Positions 1-11,505 of a stretch of DNA of 64,000 nt are shown here, piece by piece (within the stretch, counting starts at the first letter, position 1; each line of letters starts with the position of its first letter). The stretch is taken from the NCBI GenBank assembly GCA_963663545.1, contig OY760505.1:992001-1056000 (forward strand). The letters are read 5' to 3'. The notes beneath the pieces were generated by a model. That model ran no database searches. It saw only the letters and a list, made by a program, of their open reading frames with translations, and had not been told where the DNA came from. The position numbers were made by a program, and so were the translations under genes. This stretch comes from Candidatus Delongbacteria bacterium. GTDB taxonomy: Bacteria > CAIWAD01.

Positions 1-1646
1 TGGATCTCGGCGAATTCCTCGGGCGTCAAACTACCACGAGGAATGGCCAGGATGCGCATTTCCTCGTCTTCCAACAACGCATGCTCTTCGCCGTCCTCGT
101 CACGATAGTGTGCCGCGTGGATTTCGCGTAACACATTAGGGGCTTCTTCCGGCAGCATGGAGGGCTCATTGGCCTGCACAATCAACTGAATCCAGGCATC
201 AAGACGCGCCTGTTCTGCAGCCAGTTTATGTTCCAGCTCCTCAACCACCTTCAATGTTGAATCACCAGATTCACGCATTGCGGCAAGCTGCCCTGTAGCA
301 CAACGCAGTTCGGCATCGCGCTTCAACCAGCGGAAGCGCTCGCGAATACGCAGAAGCTGCTCAGCCAGTAGTTTTTTGGGTTTGACGAAAACTTCTTCGC
401 GTACGGCCACCTTGCCAAAATCATGCAGCAGACCGGCGTAGCGGATTTCCTTGAGCTGCTCCGCACTGAAATGCTCGTCGGCGTAAGGGCCTTCTTTCGT
501 CTCACTGACGACTTCCGCCAATCGGACCGTCAACCGTGATACACGGCTGCTATGGCCGCTGGTGGTCGGATCGCGGGATTCAATGGCGGTCACACTCGCT
601 TCTACGAAGCCTTCAAAGAGCGTCTCGATGCTCTCGTAGAGCCTGCTGTTCTCGATGGAAACCGCTGCCTGACCCGCTATTGAAGAGATGAAGTCGGCGT
701 GACTTTGTGTAAAAGGAACGACCTCGCGCACAAAGTCCATAGGCTGCTTCAACACAGCAGAAGCGTCGCGCTTGGCGTTGATCAGTTGTATCACGCCGAT
801 GATCTTCTGCTGATGATCCACCATGGGCACCACCAGCATGCTGCGACTGCGGTATCCGTGTTCCCGATCGAAGCTGGGATTGAAGCTGTATTCCAGGCTC
901 TTGGACAATTCATACACATCGTCGATCAGCAGCAAATTACCCGTAAGCGCCACATAGCCCGCCATGCTGTGCTTGGAGAGTTCTAAGGTGAACTCTTCGT
1001 AACTGATGTCGATGCTCACGTTCTGGCTAATCTTGAAGCGCAACTGCTGCCTACCGTCTGCGGCTTCTTCGACGAGGAAAATGGTGGCGGCGTCGGCGCC
1101 CGTGATACTGCGGCTCTTGTCCAGCATCAAGCGCAGAAGCTCGTCCAGATTGCGCTCGGCGGTCAGTCGCTTGCCAATACTGAGGATCTCGTCAAGCTCC
1201 AGGCAGAACTGGTCCAGTCGCTCCTCGAGCAGACGTACGGTATTGCTGGTGATGAAGTATTCGTAAGCGCTGCGCAGAGTCAGTTCCAACACATCGTCCT
1301 TTGTATCACGCGGAAGGATCGCGTGCAAAGGCTTTATCGGCAACCCTGCAGCCGTCCACTCCGCGAAATCGCCCAGGTAGATCACCCGGAAGCGGAGCTG
1401 GTCCAAATTCTGCAGTTCTGTCAGTACCGTTTGCGGATCACGAAGGAACTCGCTGCAAACCACCAGGATCTCGCACGCATCCGCATCCATGGCGATACCG
1501 GCCGGAGAATTGATGCGGCTGACGCTGCAGTTCAGGGAACGCAGTAGTCCGTTACCCACGACAAGCAGGGGCTCGTAGACCTTCAGCATTACCGGTTTGG
1601 TAGTGATGACGGCCGCAGTCGGAGTGATATCAGCAAAGGTGGTCAT
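1..1646 (-). CDS. GAF + HD-GYP-type metal-dependent phosphohydrolase (probable c-di-GMP phosphodiesterase); 3' end runs off the window
   Basis: Manual minus-strand translation from ATG 1646, open to position 1: GAF segment (SMAGYVALTG...SMLVVPM...IIGVIQLIN...AGQAAVSIENSRLYE) then AIESRDPTTSGHSSRV...YAGLLHDFGKV (HD motif). Absent from the ORF track because it has no stop in the window. Confidence 0.85.
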   Translation of the reverse strand, partial: MTTFADITPTAAVITTKPVMLKVYEPLLVVGNGLLRSLNCSVSRINSPAGIAMDADACEILVVCSEFLRDPQTVLTELQNLDQLRFRVIYLGDFAEWTAAGLPIKPLHAILPRDTKDDVLELTLRSAYEYFITSNTVRLLEERLDQFCLELDEILSIGKRLTAERNLDELLRLMLDKSRSITGADAATIFLVEEAADGRQQLRFKISQNVSIDISYEEFTLELSKHSMAGYVALTGNLLLIDDVYELSKSLEYSFNPSFDREHGYRSRSMLVVPMVDHQQKIIGVIQLINAKRDASAVLKQPMDFVREVVPFTQSHADFISSIAGQAAVSIENSRLYESIETLFEGFVEASVTAIESRDPTTSGHSSRVSRLTVRLAEVVSETKEGPYADEHFSAEQLKEIRYAGLLHDFGKVAVREEVFVKPKKLLAEQLLRIRERFRWLKRDAELRCATGQLAAMRESGDSTLKVVEELEHKLAAEQARLDAWIQLIVQANEPSMLPEEAPNVLREIHAAHYRDEDGEEHALLEDEEMRILAIPRGSLTPEEFAEI

Positions 1647-1726
1647 TCTCGTTTCGCTTCGTCTGGTGCGTTACACGTCCGCTCAAAGTAATTGCTTTGC
1701 ACCGCCCTTGCCAATGGAAAAACAAA

Positions 1727-4570
1727 TCAGTTACGATCGAAGATTTCCTGCAGAAAACGGCCCGTATGGCTGCCCTTCACTTTGGCAACGTCTTCGGGAG
1801 TGCCCTGCGCCACGATGCGGCCTCCGCGCGCACCGCCCTCGGGTCCAAGGTCGAGCAGATGATCGGCGGTCTTGATGACATCCAGATTATGCTCGATGAC
1901 AACAACGGTATTTCCCTTGTCGACCAAACGATTCAACACTTTGAGCAGCATTTCGATATCGGCGAAATGCAGACCCGTTGTGGGTTCGTCCAGAATGTAG
2001 ATCGTACGACCCGTCGCCCGTCGCGAAAGCTCGGTCGCCAACTTCACGCGCTGCGCTTCTCCACCCGAAAGCGTGGTCGCCTGCTGTCCCAGATGAATGT
2101 ACCCCAGGCCCACATCGACCAGCGTCTTCAGCTTGCGCGCAATGCGCGGAATGGGATCAAAGAACTCCAGCGCCTCGGCCACCGGCATTTCCAGCACATC
2201 GGCGATGCTCTTGCCCTTGTACTTCACTTCCAGTGTTTCACTGTTGTAGCGGCGCCCCTTGCAGACTTCGCAGGGCACGTAGATGTCGGGCAGAAAGTGC
2301 ATTTCAATACGAATGATGCCGTCGCCCTGACAGGCTTCGCAACGTCCGCCTTTGACGTTGAAGCTGAAGCGGCCCGGCGCATAAGCACGCATGCGCGATT
2401 CGGGAAGCTGGGCGAAGAGGTCGCGAATCAGCGTGAACACGCCGGTGTACGTAGCCGGGTTGGAGCGCGGGGTCCGACCGATCGGGCTCTGGTCGATGTT
2501 GATCACCTTGTCCAGGTGCTCCAGCCCCTCCAGGCTGCCGTAGGGCATGGGCAACTCGCGTGCGCCGTTCAACTCGCGAGCCAGCGCCTTGTTGAGCGTC
2601 TCGTTGATGGCCGTTGATTTTCCCGAGCCCGAAACGCCCGTGATACAAACCAGCTTGCCCAGCGGAATCTCTACATCAATCTTCTGCAGGTTATTGCCGC
2701 GCAGGCCCTTCATTAGCAGCCGTTCGCCGTTTCCCGCGCGACGCTTGGTGGGCAGCGGAATCAGGTTTTCATCTTTCAGGTAGCGCCCGGTAACGCTCTT
2801 CTTTGAATCGGCAATTTCCTGTGGTGTGCCCTGTGCCACAAGTTTTCCGCCGTGAATGCCAGCGCCCGGTCCCAGGTCCAGCACTTCGTCGGCAGCCAGA
2901 ATTGTATCACGGTCGTGCTCGACGACAATGACCGTGTTACCCAAATCGCGCAGGCGCGTCAGCGTGGCGATGAGCCGTTCATTGTCGCGCTGGTGCAGGC
3001 CAATGCTGGGTTCGTCGAGGATGTACATGACGCCCATCAGCTGACTACCGATCTGCGTCGCCAGCCGGATTCGCTGGCTCTCGCCTCCCGAAAGCGTACC
3101 GGCGGCGCGATCGAGACTGAGATAATCCAAGCCAACGTTGACCAGAAAACCCAGCCGTTCGCGCACTTCCTTCAGAATGGGAGCCGCAATGGTGGCCGCA
3201 TTGCCCTTGAGCTTCATCTTGCGAAAGAGCTCTTCTGCTTCGCGAATGGAAAGAGCGCACAGCTCCATGATATTCCGGCCTTCCACCGTGACCGCCAGCG
3301 ATTCGGGTTTTAATCGGCGTCCTTCGCAACTCGGGCAGGCGCGGCTGCTCATGAAGCGCTCGATCCACTCACGCACGCCGGCACTCTGGGTCTGACGAAA
3401 ACGTCGCTCCAGATTGGGAATGATGCCTTCCCATTTGCCAGTGTATTCCCAGCTGCCCTTTCCGTTGCGGAACTCACTGATGAAGCGCATGGCCCCCGTG
3501 CTGCCGTAGAGCACGACCTGCTGGTGTTTCTTGCTAAGCTTCCTCCAGGGTGTCTTCAGATCAAAGCCCTCGTGTGCACCCACCTGTTTCAGCGCGCGCA
3601 GGGTCCACACTTCGCTGTGGCCGTTGCTTTCCATCGTACCCAGCGCTCCGTCTCGCAGGCTGAGATTCTCGTCCACCACCACCAGCTCGGGATCAATAAC
3701 CATTTGATGCCCGAGGCCATCGCAGTCGGGGCAGGCGCCGAATGGCGTGTTGAAGGAAAAGATACGTGGTGCGAGTTCGGGAATACTGATGCCATGCTCG
3801 GGACAGGCGAAATGCTGACTGTAGAGCTGCTCGCTCCACTCAGCACCTTCTTCCACTAGAATGCGAACAAGGCCGGAACCCAGTCCCAGAGCGGTTTCGA
3901 CGGATTCGAACAGCCGCGCGCGAATGCCCTCCTTCAGCACCAGACGATCCACCACCGCATCGATATCGTGCTTGTGGGTTTTAGCCAGCCCTTGCTCCAC
4001 TTCTTCTATGGGCAACACCTGTCCATCCACCCGCACGCGCACGTAGCCGTTGCGCTTGACCTGCGAAAAGAGCTCGCGAAACTCGCCCTTGCGTCCACGT
4101 ACAAGTGGCGCCAGCACCTGCACCTTGCGTCCGGTATCGAGACCCAGAATCTGCTCGACGATCTCCTCCGGGCTCTGCCGGTGAATCTCGCGGTCACAGA
4201 CAGTGCAATGCGGAATGCCGACGTTGCCATAGAGCAGGCGCAGATAATCGTAAATCTCGGTCACGGTGCCCACGGTGGAGCGCGGGTTCTTGTGCCGCGT
4301 TTTCTGCTCGATGCTGATGGCTGGCGACAGGCCCTCGATGGAATCCACGTCCGGCTTCTCCATCAGGCCCAGAAACTGGCGTGCATAAGCAGAAAGGCTT
4401 TCGACATAGCGGCGCTGTCCTTCGGCATAAAGCGTATCAAAGGCCAGGCTGGATTTGCCCGAGCCCGAGAGTCCGGTTACGACGACCAGCTTGTTGCGCG
4501 GAATGCGAAGATCCAGATTCTGCAGGTTGTGCTCTCTGGCTCCGCGAATATGAATGTGAGTGGGTTCCAT
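1727..4570 (-). CDS. uvrA: Excinuclease ABC subunit A
   Basis: 947 aa; GAREHNL, two Walker A motifs ([18 protein letters not shown]), LSGGE signatures and zinc-finger CxxC pairs typical of UvrA. Confidence 0.98.
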   Translation of the reverse strand: MEPTHIHIRGAREHNLQNLDLRIPRNKLVVVTGLSGSGKSSLAFDTLYAEGQRRYVESLSAYARQFLGLMEKPDVDSIEGLSPAISIEQKTRHKNPRSTVGTVTEIYDYLRLLYGNVGIPHCTVCDREIHRQSPEEIVEQILGLDTGRKVQVLAPLVRGRKGEFRELFSQVKRNGYVRVRVDGQVLPIEEVEQGLAKTHKHDIDAVVDRLVLKEGIRARLFESVETALGLGSGLVRILVEEGAEWSEQLYSQHFACPEHGISIPELAPRIFSFNTPFGACPDCDGLGHQMVIDPELVVVDENLSLRDGALGTMESNGHSEVWTLRALKQVGAHEGFDLKTPWRKLSKKHQQVVLYGSTGAMRFISEFRNGKGSWEYTGKWEGIIPNLERRFRQTQSAGVREWIERFMSSRACPSCEGRRLKPESLAVTVEGRNIMELCALSIREAEELFRKMKLKGNAATIAAPILKEVRERLGFLVNVGLDYLSLDRAAGTLSGGESQRIRLATQIGSQLMGVMYILDEPSIGLHQRDNERLIATLTRLRDLGNTVIVVEHDRDTILAADEVLDLGPGAGIHGGKLVAQGTPQEIADSKKSVTGRYLKDENLIPLPTKRRAGNGERLLMKGLRGNNLQKIDVEIPLGKLVCITGVSGSGKSTAINETLNKALARELNGARELPMPYGSLEGLEHLDKVINIDQSPIGRTPRSNPATYTGVFTLIRDLFAQLPESRMRAYAPGRFSFNVKGGRCEACQGDGIIRIEMHFLPDIYVPCEVCKGRRYNSETLEVKYKGKSIADVLEMPVAEALEFFDPIPRIARKLKTLVDVGLGYIHLGQQATTLSGGEAQRVKLATELSRRATGRTIYILDEPTTGLHFADIEMLLKVLNRLVDKGNTVVVIEHNLDVIKTADHLLDLGPEGGARGGRIVAQGTPEDVAKVKGSHTGRFLQEIFDRN

Positions 4571-4757
4571 GCCTGTCCCGGCTGATTAGGTTGAAGCGCT
4601 TCGGCGGACCAATGTGGCATTGTCTGCGGCCAGTTCTGATGGGGCAGGATGCCGTGTACAAAGTAGTTCAGCAATTGTGAACATAAAAGCAAGGATCAAT
4701 CAATAAGCGCTCGCCAACGCTGGCTAGGCGTGCAGGTTCCGCAGACCGGGCTGGAAC

Positions 4758-4786
4758 AAAAAGCCGGGTCCCGCAGGAGACCCGGC
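4758..4786 (-). terminator. Intrinsic terminator after the six-gene secreted-protein array
   Basis: Stem GCCGGGTC (4763-4770) / GACCCGGC (4779-4786) with an A-tract at 4758-4762 (U-tract on the minus strand), 30 bp past the stop at 4817. Confidence 0.75.
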
Positions 4787-4816
4787 CGACAGGAGGTAGG
4801 TATCAGGTATATGGGA

Positions 4817-5023
4817 CTACTTCATCAGACTTACCGGTAACACACGAGCGCCGTCGGGGAAGCGCGCCATCATGAAGTACGTACCACTGGCCACGGGCAC
4901 ACCGCGTGTATCACGTCCGTCCCACTGCAGCTGGTGCTCGCCGGCGGCAAACTCGCGATGAGCAAGTTCTGTAACACGGCGGCCCATCAGATCGTAAACG
5001 GCAACTTCCACAAGACCGGCCTG
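4817..5023. repeat. ~207 bp near-identical repeat, copy A (3' end of array gene 1); partner at 7061-7267
   Basis: Manual alignment at offset 2244: about 7 mismatches in 207 bp. Confidence 0.9.
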
Positions 5024-7012
5024 AGCACAACGGAAACTCAGCGTCGTGCTGGGATTGAAAGGATTGGGCGCACAGCTTAGCAGCTCGAAGCCAGCGGGCG
5101 TATCACGCGGCGCTTCCACGGAAACGTTGATCTGTGATACATCATACAGTGCCAGACGGGGATACTCGTTCACAAACAGGCAATCATCGTGTAGCTGCAA
5201 ATTCCAGGCTGTAACAGGAAGATGTGCAGTTCCGATAAACACTGGGGCACTGTAATCACGATTGTCATAGAAGTGAAGCTCCAGCTCATCAGCCTCAGGT
5301 TCGGGCGAGTCGCAAAGGCTTAGCAGGAGTTCATCGCCGAGCATTAGTGGCCCATGATTCACGCTGACCCGCACATTCGGTAGCGGATGAAGCTGTAGAT
5401 TCTCATCGGGAAGGCCATCCAGCGAGGCAACACTCAACTCACCGTTTGTATCACGCACATAGAGCAAATTGCCGTGGATCTCCCAATCGCCCAGGAACTC
5501 ATCAAGCAACATAGTTGCCTGATATCCTGCCCCCTGCTGCTCAAGCATCCAAAGGGCGAAGGGGTTACAGGAATTGTAAATCAGCTTGTCCCCGGCAGCG
5601 GCAATCTGGATCGGCTGTCCCGCTTCAAGCTCCCATGAATGGGCCAGGCTGATATTGGCAGGATCCTGTAAGTCATAAAACCGAATCTGGCTACCTGTTG
5701 GATAGACCAGATAGTCTTGCCAAACAAAGGGAATAGCCGATTGACGGCGCCCCTCAAGATCAATCCTATCCAGCGAAACCGGATGCGCAGGATCCCGCAA
5801 GTCGAAGACGGAGATATAGTCTTCCATCAACCTGAGAACATACACATAGCCTTCATGCTCCAACATGCGAGAAGCGTTGAAACTCGGACAAGAAGCTACA
5901 TGAACGGGTGCGGCGGGATCGTGCAGATCAACGATGGTCAAGCCAGCAAACTGCAGGTAGACGGCATATTCTCCAAGGCGCAGATAATCGCGCAGTCCGA
6001 GGTGGGATAAACCAGCTTGTGTCTGCACCTCCCCGGGTTCTGCCAAAGAAATGACCTGCAGGCCATCCTCTTCTGCCGCCAGATAGGCGTTCTCACCAAC
6101 CAACTGAAAGCGATCATAGTACAGCTCGGTGCTAACATAGTCGGCTGAGATGAAGGGTGCTGCCGGATCAGTAAGATCCAGTGCAGCCAGCCTGCGGGCG
6201 CCGCTACCCCAACTCATGTACACCGTTCCATTCTGCTGGTGCAAGACTTTGCTTCCCGGCAGCCCTGTCAGCGTCGCTGTCACCTGCATGCTGTTCAAAT
6301 CAATCAAGGCAAATGTGCTCGCCAAACCCAGACAGGCAAGATCACCAAAAAGCATCACGTCCTTCATGTACCCAAGGTCGGAGCCGCCATTGATTTCCGT
6401 TCGGCGAATCACCGGCTCCGCAGGATTGCTCAGATCGTAGCAAACAAGACCAGAATTGCCGTTTGCCACCAGGAGCACGTTCTCTTCCAGATCCAGACTA
6501 GTGCAGTAGTGATCCGCAAGGTAGTTGGCCAGAAGCACGGGTTCGTCGGGCGCTGCTAGATCAAAAAGCAGCAAGTGCCAGTCATCGGAATCGTCAAGGG
6601 ACCTGGCGCTTACAATCAGACGATCCCCGTCTAGATCCAAGTCCAAGACGTACATGTCAGGATCGATTCTGCAGAGCTGCTGCGGAAGCAGCGGATCATC
6701 GAGGTTGTATAGGACCACTTCCTCGCGGTTGCAGTTGACAGCAAGCAGATTGTTGTCACACGCGATATCCTGTGCATAGATGCCTACTCTGCCAACGACC
6801 TCTGGCTGCAACGGATCATGGGTATCGACGATACGGATGCCGTCAATTCGATTGGCAAGGTAGGTGTATCCGTCTCTTGTGAAAATGTCATAGCTGCCCT
6901 CTTCCCAGAAACGGGAATCCGCTCCCAGCAACGGCAGTGTCAACTCCTGAGCCAGAATTGGTGATACAAAAAGTGTCAGCAGTGCGAAAGTTATCATGTG
7001 CTTATTCATCAC
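4817..7012 (-). CDS. Secreted LVIVD-repeat beta-propeller protein with C-terminal T9SS-A/FlgD-Ig-like domain (array gene 1)
   Basis: Signal peptide; repeated 'xxxD(L/V)xDPxxP' units; C-terminal PNPFNPSTT...YDLMGRRV...WDGRD...ASGTYF...LMK. Confidence 0.85.
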   Translation of the reverse strand: MMNKHMITFALLTLFVSPILAQELTLPLLGADSRFWEEGSYDIFTRDGYTYLANRIDGIRIVDTHDPLQPEVVGRVGIYAQDIACDNNLLAVNCNREEVVLYNLDDPLLPQQLCRIDPDMYVLDLDLDGDRLIVSARSLDDSDDWHLLLFDLAAPDEPVLLANYLADHYCTSLDLEENVLLVANGNSGLVCYDLSNPAEPVIRRTEINGGSDLGYMKDVMLFGDLACLGLASTFALIDLNSMQVTATLTGLPGSKVLHQQNGTVYMSWGSGARRLAALDLTDPAAPFISADYVSTELYYDRFQLVGENAYLAAEEDGLQVISLAEPGEVQTQAGLSHLGLRDYLRLGEYAVYLQFAGLTIVDLHDPAAPVHVASCPSFNASRMLEHEGYVYVLRLMEDYISVFDLRDPAHPVSLDRIDLEGRRQSAIPFVWQDYLVYPTGSQIRFYDLQDPANISLAHSWELEAGQPIQIAAAGDKLIYNSCNPFALWMLEQQGAGYQATMLLDEFLGDWEIHGNLLYVRDTNGELSVASLDGLPDENLQLHPLPNVRVSVNHGPLMLGDELLLSLCDSPEPEADELELHFYDNRDYSAPVFIGTAHLPVTAWNLQLHDDCLFVNEYPRLALYDVSQINVSVEAPRDTPAGFELLSCAPNPFNPSTTLSFRCAQAGLVEVAVYDLMGRRVTELAHREFAAGEHQLQWDGRDTRGVPVASGTYFMMARFPDGARVLPVSLMK

Positions 7013-7060
7013 TCTGCCCCCATTATCCGTGTCGATTGTCGCCTGTAGTACGATTCACGA

Positions 7061-7267
7061 CTACTTCAACAGACTTACCGGTAACACACGAGCGCCATCG
7101 GGGAAGCGCGCCATCATGAAGTACGTACCACTGGCCGCAGGCACACCGCGTGTATCACGTCCGTTCCACTGCAGCTGGTGCTCGCCGGCGGCAAACTCGC
7201 GATGAGCAAGTTCTGTAACACGGCGGCCCATCAGATCATAGACGGCAACTTCCACAAGACCGGCCTG
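7061..7267. repeat. ~207 bp near-identical repeat, copy B (3' end of array gene 2)
   Basis: See copy A. Confidence 0.9.
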
Positions 7268-9226
7268 CGGACAGTAGAAACTCAGCGTTGTACTTGGGTT
7301 GAAGGGATTGGGGGCACAGCTCAGCAGCTCAAATCCTGCCGGAGAAGCAGCGGGCGTCTCCACCAAAACGTTGACCTGTGATACATCATAGAAGCCGATC
7401 TCCCGACGATCCGTTACCACCAACAGTTCGTTCATCATCTGCAATCCTCGCGCATTGTCGGCAAGTGCCACGGTAGCCAGCAGCACCGGGTGGTAGGGAT
7501 CTGCGTTGTCGAAGACGCTCAAATAGTCGTGCGGATTGTCCTGCGTGGTTACGAAGAGCAGTTCGCCGTCACCAAGGACATTAGAAATGCCCAGCGGAAT
7601 GTCGAAGAGATGCAAATACTCGAAGTCCAAGTCCTGCGGCAGATCGCTGAGAGCGGCGACGCGCAGGTCCTGGTACTGTTTCCGATAGAGATAATCGCCG
7701 ATCACATACAAGCCTTCGCCGTAGTAGTAAGGGAAATCAAGCACCATTTCCATGCTCTCTTCCCAATTGCGCCAGACCCGCAGCGGCCCGGAATTGCTGC
7801 CACATGTGATCAGATACTCGTTCCAGAAGCTGTACACTAGATCGCCATTTCCGTCCCAGTTGTAATGGAACACTTCTTCGATGGCCGTGGGCGTGGAAGC
7901 ATCCAGCAGCGAAAAGCCATCATCAAGGGTGGCCACAATTCGCCCACTCCAGAAAAACAGGTCCGTGGGTGGGAAGACATGGTTCCACTCGATCTCGGCT
8001 TCCATCCATGCCGGATGCATAGGATCACTCAGATCCACCAGTCGCAGCGCAAGATCACCGCCACAGCTGAGCAGTGCCTTGTCCTCCAGTTTTAGGACGC
8101 TGTTGCAGGGAGTGACCTCCAGATAGCCCCCCAACTGTGGATGCTCCAGATCCCTGATATCCACACTGCGAATGCCATTGTATTCCGACACCAACAGGTA
8201 ATCGCCCATGCACGCAAAATCCGCGTAGAAGCCAGACTGATTCAACACGCCAACTTCCTGCATGTTGTCAGCATCCTGCACATCAACCACGCGCAGGCCA
8301 TAACTGTAATCCGCACAATAGGCATAGCCATCCCGCACCTGGAAGTTAATTAGGTCTGCAGGTGGTGCATACTCACTGCGTATCACGGGCGAGGCTGGAT
8401 TGCTCAGATCAATGGCGGCGATCGGACAATCTGGGTCGCCATAGGCCACATAGCAGATCTCATCTTCCATGTGCACTTGCATGGCAACAGCCACATCCTG
8501 TAGTTCGGCAACTTTGCTTGTGGTCTCCAGATCGACTACCACTAGGCCGCTCTCACCTGCGGCCAGGCAGGCGTAGTGACCGTAGAATGCAGCATCGGCG
8601 GCGTAATTGTTGGGTTCTAGCTCGACACTTCCGACCAGGACCGGATTGTCGGTGTCGCTCAGGTCGATGTGCTTGAAGGCCGGTGAGTTGCTGCACACCA
8701 GCAGATCATTTCCCCTGAGCACCAGGTCGCTGATCCAACCGCTGAGCAAACCGCTGTAATGGCCGATTTCCACCGGATGCTCAAGATCGCTGATATCAAA
8801 GAGGTAGAGATCGCTGTCGGGATGGTGATCGCAGACCGCCAGCGTGCGGCCGTCCACTGCCGCGATGAAGTAATCTCCGGGGATTTCAATCGTGGTACGT
8901 TGCACAGGCGCGGCGGGATTTTCCAGACTGAAAAGCCTAAGCCCATTACCACTTGTTACCAGGCACTCCTCACCAGTTTCGTAATACACCCCGTCCTGCT
9001 CCGGGATGCGCAGCACCTCAAAAGGCGCAGCGGGATCCTGCACATTCACCACGCTTATTTCGCGAAAGCCTAGGCAGAGATAGGCGTAGTCTCCGTAGAC
9101 GGCCACATTCTGAACGCCTGAAGGCCAGATGTAATCCAGGCGACCAGCCACTACAGGATCCTCAGCCCGGGAAGCGAGTGGTAGCAGCACTCCCAGAGCA
9201 ATCAAACAACAGAGTCGTAACCTCAT
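7061..9226 (-). CDS. Secreted LVIVD-repeat protein with C-terminal sorting-like domain (array gene 2)
   Basis: Signal peptide, AGGAG RBS, LVVVD/AIDLSNP repeats, PNPFNPSTT C-terminal domain. Confidence 0.85.
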   Translation of the reverse strand: MRLRLCCLIALGVLLPLASRAEDPVVAGRLDYIWPSGVQNVAVYGDYAYLCLGFREISVVNVQDPAAPFEVLRIPEQDGVYYETGEECLVTSGNGLRLFSLENPAAPVQRTTIEIPGDYFIAAVDGRTLAVCDHHPDSDLYLFDISDLEHPVEIGHYSGLLSGWISDLVLRGNDLLVCSNSPAFKHIDLSDTDNPVLVGSVELEPNNYAADAAFYGHYACLAAGESGLVVVDLETTSKVAELQDVAVAMQVHMEDEICYVAYGDPDCPIAAIDLSNPASPVIRSEYAPPADLINFQVRDGYAYCADYSYGLRVVDVQDADNMQEVGVLNQSGFYADFACMGDYLLVSEYNGIRSVDIRDLEHPQLGGYLEVTPCNSVLKLEDKALLSCGGDLALRLVDLSDPMHPAWMEAEIEWNHVFPPTDLFFWSGRIVATLDDGFSLLDASTPTAIEEVFHYNWDGNGDLVYSFWNEYLITCGSNSGPLRVWRNWEESMEMVLDFPYYYGEGLYVIGDYLYRKQYQDLRVAALSDLPQDLDFEYLHLFDIPLGISNVLGDGELLFVTTQDNPHDYLSVFDNADPYHPVLLATVALADNARGLQMMNELLVVTDRREIGFYDVSQVNVLVETPAASPAGFELLSCAPNPFNPSTTLSFYCPQAGLVEVAVYDLMGRRVTELAHREFAAGEHQLQWNGRDTRGVPAASGTYFMMARFPDGARVLPVSLLK

Positions 9227-9282
9227 GATAGGCTCCTAATACTGGGGGGACAGCGGTCTACCCCGGTGACACATCAGTACAA

Positions 9283-11460
9283 TTACTTGAGCAGTGTCAC
9301 TGTCTGAGCGCGTGATCCATCGGGAAAACGAGCAACAATGAAGTAAGTACCGCTGGCCACGTTGACGCCCTGTGTGTCACGCCCATTCCAGCTGATTTTA
9401 TGTTCGCCGGCGTTGAAGTCGCCGTGTGCAAGACTTGTGATACGCTTGCCCAATAGATTGTAGACCGTCAGCTCAACCTTGGCGGCCTGCGGGCAGGTGA
9501 AGGAAACCGTCGTGCTGGGATTGAAGGGATTGGGATAGCAGGCGTGTAGCTCGAAACCACCTGGAGCTACAGCTGGCGTTTCAATGGCAACGTCAAGCTG
9601 TGATACATCGTAGATATCGAGGTCGTAATACTGATCGACGTAGAGACGATCCTCTGTTGCCTGCAGACAGCGGGCGAAATACTCGGTAGGAATACTGCCC
9701 AACAAGACTGGTGAAACAGGATTGCGGTTGTCGTAAATGTGGACACGGAAGCGCTCGGGGACAGCGGAGGCCATGTAGAGAAAATCGCCATGTAGCGCCA
9801 TGCTGGTTCCGTAATAGTCATTTTCGAGGCCAGCGACAAGCTGGACTTCCAGCGGCCCATCGGGCAGGACGCTTAGATCCGCCACACGCCAGGCGTCCCA
9901 GTTTTCCAGGTAGAGCAGATTGCCAAAAGCCCTGCAGTCCGAATACACTTCTTCCAGCAGGGTTGTGATCTGGACTTCGTCCTCCACCATCCGAACCAGA
10001 TGCAGATCCCAAGTGAGACCGCCATGTACCACCATCATATCCTGCCAGGTGAACAGGTCGACAACATAATTGTCGAATCCGGCCAACGTGTCGGCCAGGA
10101 AGATGTTGGCGGGGTCCTGGATGTCATACATCAACAGCCCCGCCTCGCTGGGAACCACAAAGCAGTTGTTCCAGACGCACATGCGACCGCCATTGTATTC
10201 TGGAACTTCGATACGGGACAGTTCAACAGGTGATTCGGGATTGCTCATATCGAGACAAACCAACAAGTCGTAGGCCGATAGTGCAAAGAGCAGATTGTTG
10301 TGCTGCAGTGGATAGCGGCCATGGAGACAGGCTGTTTGCCAGACAGAGTGTTGCTGCTGCAAATCACTCAGGTCCCGCACATGTAATCCAGCGGTTTCAA
10401 AGGCCACGGCATATTGGTCGATCACGGTGTACAGGTCCCAGTCTCCGTGGTCGGAGAAATAGGCGACTTCATGCAGGTTGTCGGGATCCTCAAGTGAGAC
10501 TACGCGCACACCGTAGGCTTGACCGGCGCAATAGGCAAACTCTCCGCTGATGCAGAAGAAGTCGACGTCAAAGTCCGGTGCGTACTCGCTGCGCACGAAG
10601 GGCGCAGTTGGATCACTAATGTCGATGGCCGCCACAGGACAATCCTCGGCACCGTAGCTCAAGTAAACCAACTCGCCATCGGTGCGCACTTGATACGCAG
10701 TATAGAGCTCTTCAATACTGCCGACGGGCTGCATGGTGTCAAGGTCGACCAGATAGAAGCCGTTTCCCGCACCGATACAAGCGTGCTCTCCGAAGCCCAG
10801 GACACCAAATGCGTAACCGCTACCTTCGGGCAAGGCTACTGTCTGTGATACAGGGTGTTCCAAATCGCTGAGATCTACACAGATCAGGCCGCGGTTGCCA
10901 GCAGCGACCAGCAGCCGGTCACCGTTCAGCTCCAGATCGTAACAGAAGCCAAAGAGCCCGGCGTAATGCGCCAACACAACGGGTGTTGCGGGATCGCTAA
11001 GGTCGTAAAGCAGCAGATCGTCAACGATCTCCCGGCCCACCGTATGATAGCCCCAAACAGCCAGGCGGGACTGATTCAGATCGATCTGCGAAATCGCGAT
11101 TTCCGGTGACAGCGTCGTCAGCAACTCCGGTGATGCGGGGTTCGTCAGACTGAAAACAATCACCGTAGGATCACTCAGGCAACGAGCCGCCAGCAGTGTA
11201 CCTTCAACTTCCAACTCTTCGCAGTCGATGTCGGGCAAGTGGGTTACTTCTTCGGGATGCAGCGGATCGCTTACATTCAATACTCGCATCCCTTCGTGCT
11301 CTTGCGCCAAATAGAGATAGTTCTGCAGAACCCGGACATCACTTACTCCATCCTGCCACATGTGTGTATCACGGCCCAGGAGCTCGGGAACCTGCTCCTG
11401 AGCTGTGACACAAGAAGCGACGAGAAGTGTGACACAAAGTGTTGTATTCCAGTTCATCAT
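9283..11460 (-). CDS. Secreted LVIVD-repeat protein with C-terminal sorting-like domain (array gene 3)
   Basis: Same architecture; GGAG RBS; YPNPFNPSTT...TLLK terminus. Confidence 0.85.
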   Translation of the reverse strand: MMNWNTTLCVTLLVASCVTAQEQVPELLGRDTHMWQDGVSDVRVLQNYLYLAQEHEGMRVLNVSDPLHPEEVTHLPDIDCEELEVEGTLLAARCLSDPTVIVFSLTNPASPELLTTLSPEIAISQIDLNQSRLAVWGYHTVGREIVDDLLLYDLSDPATPVVLAHYAGLFGFCYDLELNGDRLLVAAGNRGLICVDLSDLEHPVSQTVALPEGSGYAFGVLGFGEHACIGAGNGFYLVDLDTMQPVGSIEELYTAYQVRTDGELVYLSYGAEDCPVAAIDISDPTAPFVRSEYAPDFDVDFFCISGEFAYCAGQAYGVRVVSLEDPDNLHEVAYFSDHGDWDLYTVIDQYAVAFETAGLHVRDLSDLQQQHSVWQTACLHGRYPLQHNNLLFALSAYDLLVCLDMSNPESPVELSRIEVPEYNGGRMCVWNNCFVVPSEAGLLMYDIQDPANIFLADTLAGFDNYVVDLFTWQDMMVVHGGLTWDLHLVRMVEDEVQITTLLEEVYSDCRAFGNLLYLENWDAWRVADLSVLPDGPLEVQLVAGLENDYYGTSMALHGDFLYMASAVPERFRVHIYDNRNPVSPVLLGSIPTEYFARCLQATEDRLYVDQYYDLDIYDVSQLDVAIETPAVAPGGFELHACYPNPFNPSTTVSFTCPQAAKVELTVYNLLGKRITSLAHGDFNAGEHKISWNGRDTQGVNVASGTYFIVARFPDGSRAQTVTLLK

Positions 11461-11505
11461 CGTCTCCCTATTAGAGTGGTGTCTGACACCACAGTGGCGT
11501 TGTTG

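Noticed and set aside
4666..4682. GTTCA-N7-TGAAC inverted repeat upstream of uvrA as a possible SOS box
   Set aside because: Only 5-bp arms, matches no LexA box I know, and I saw no second copy at ogt or elsewhere.
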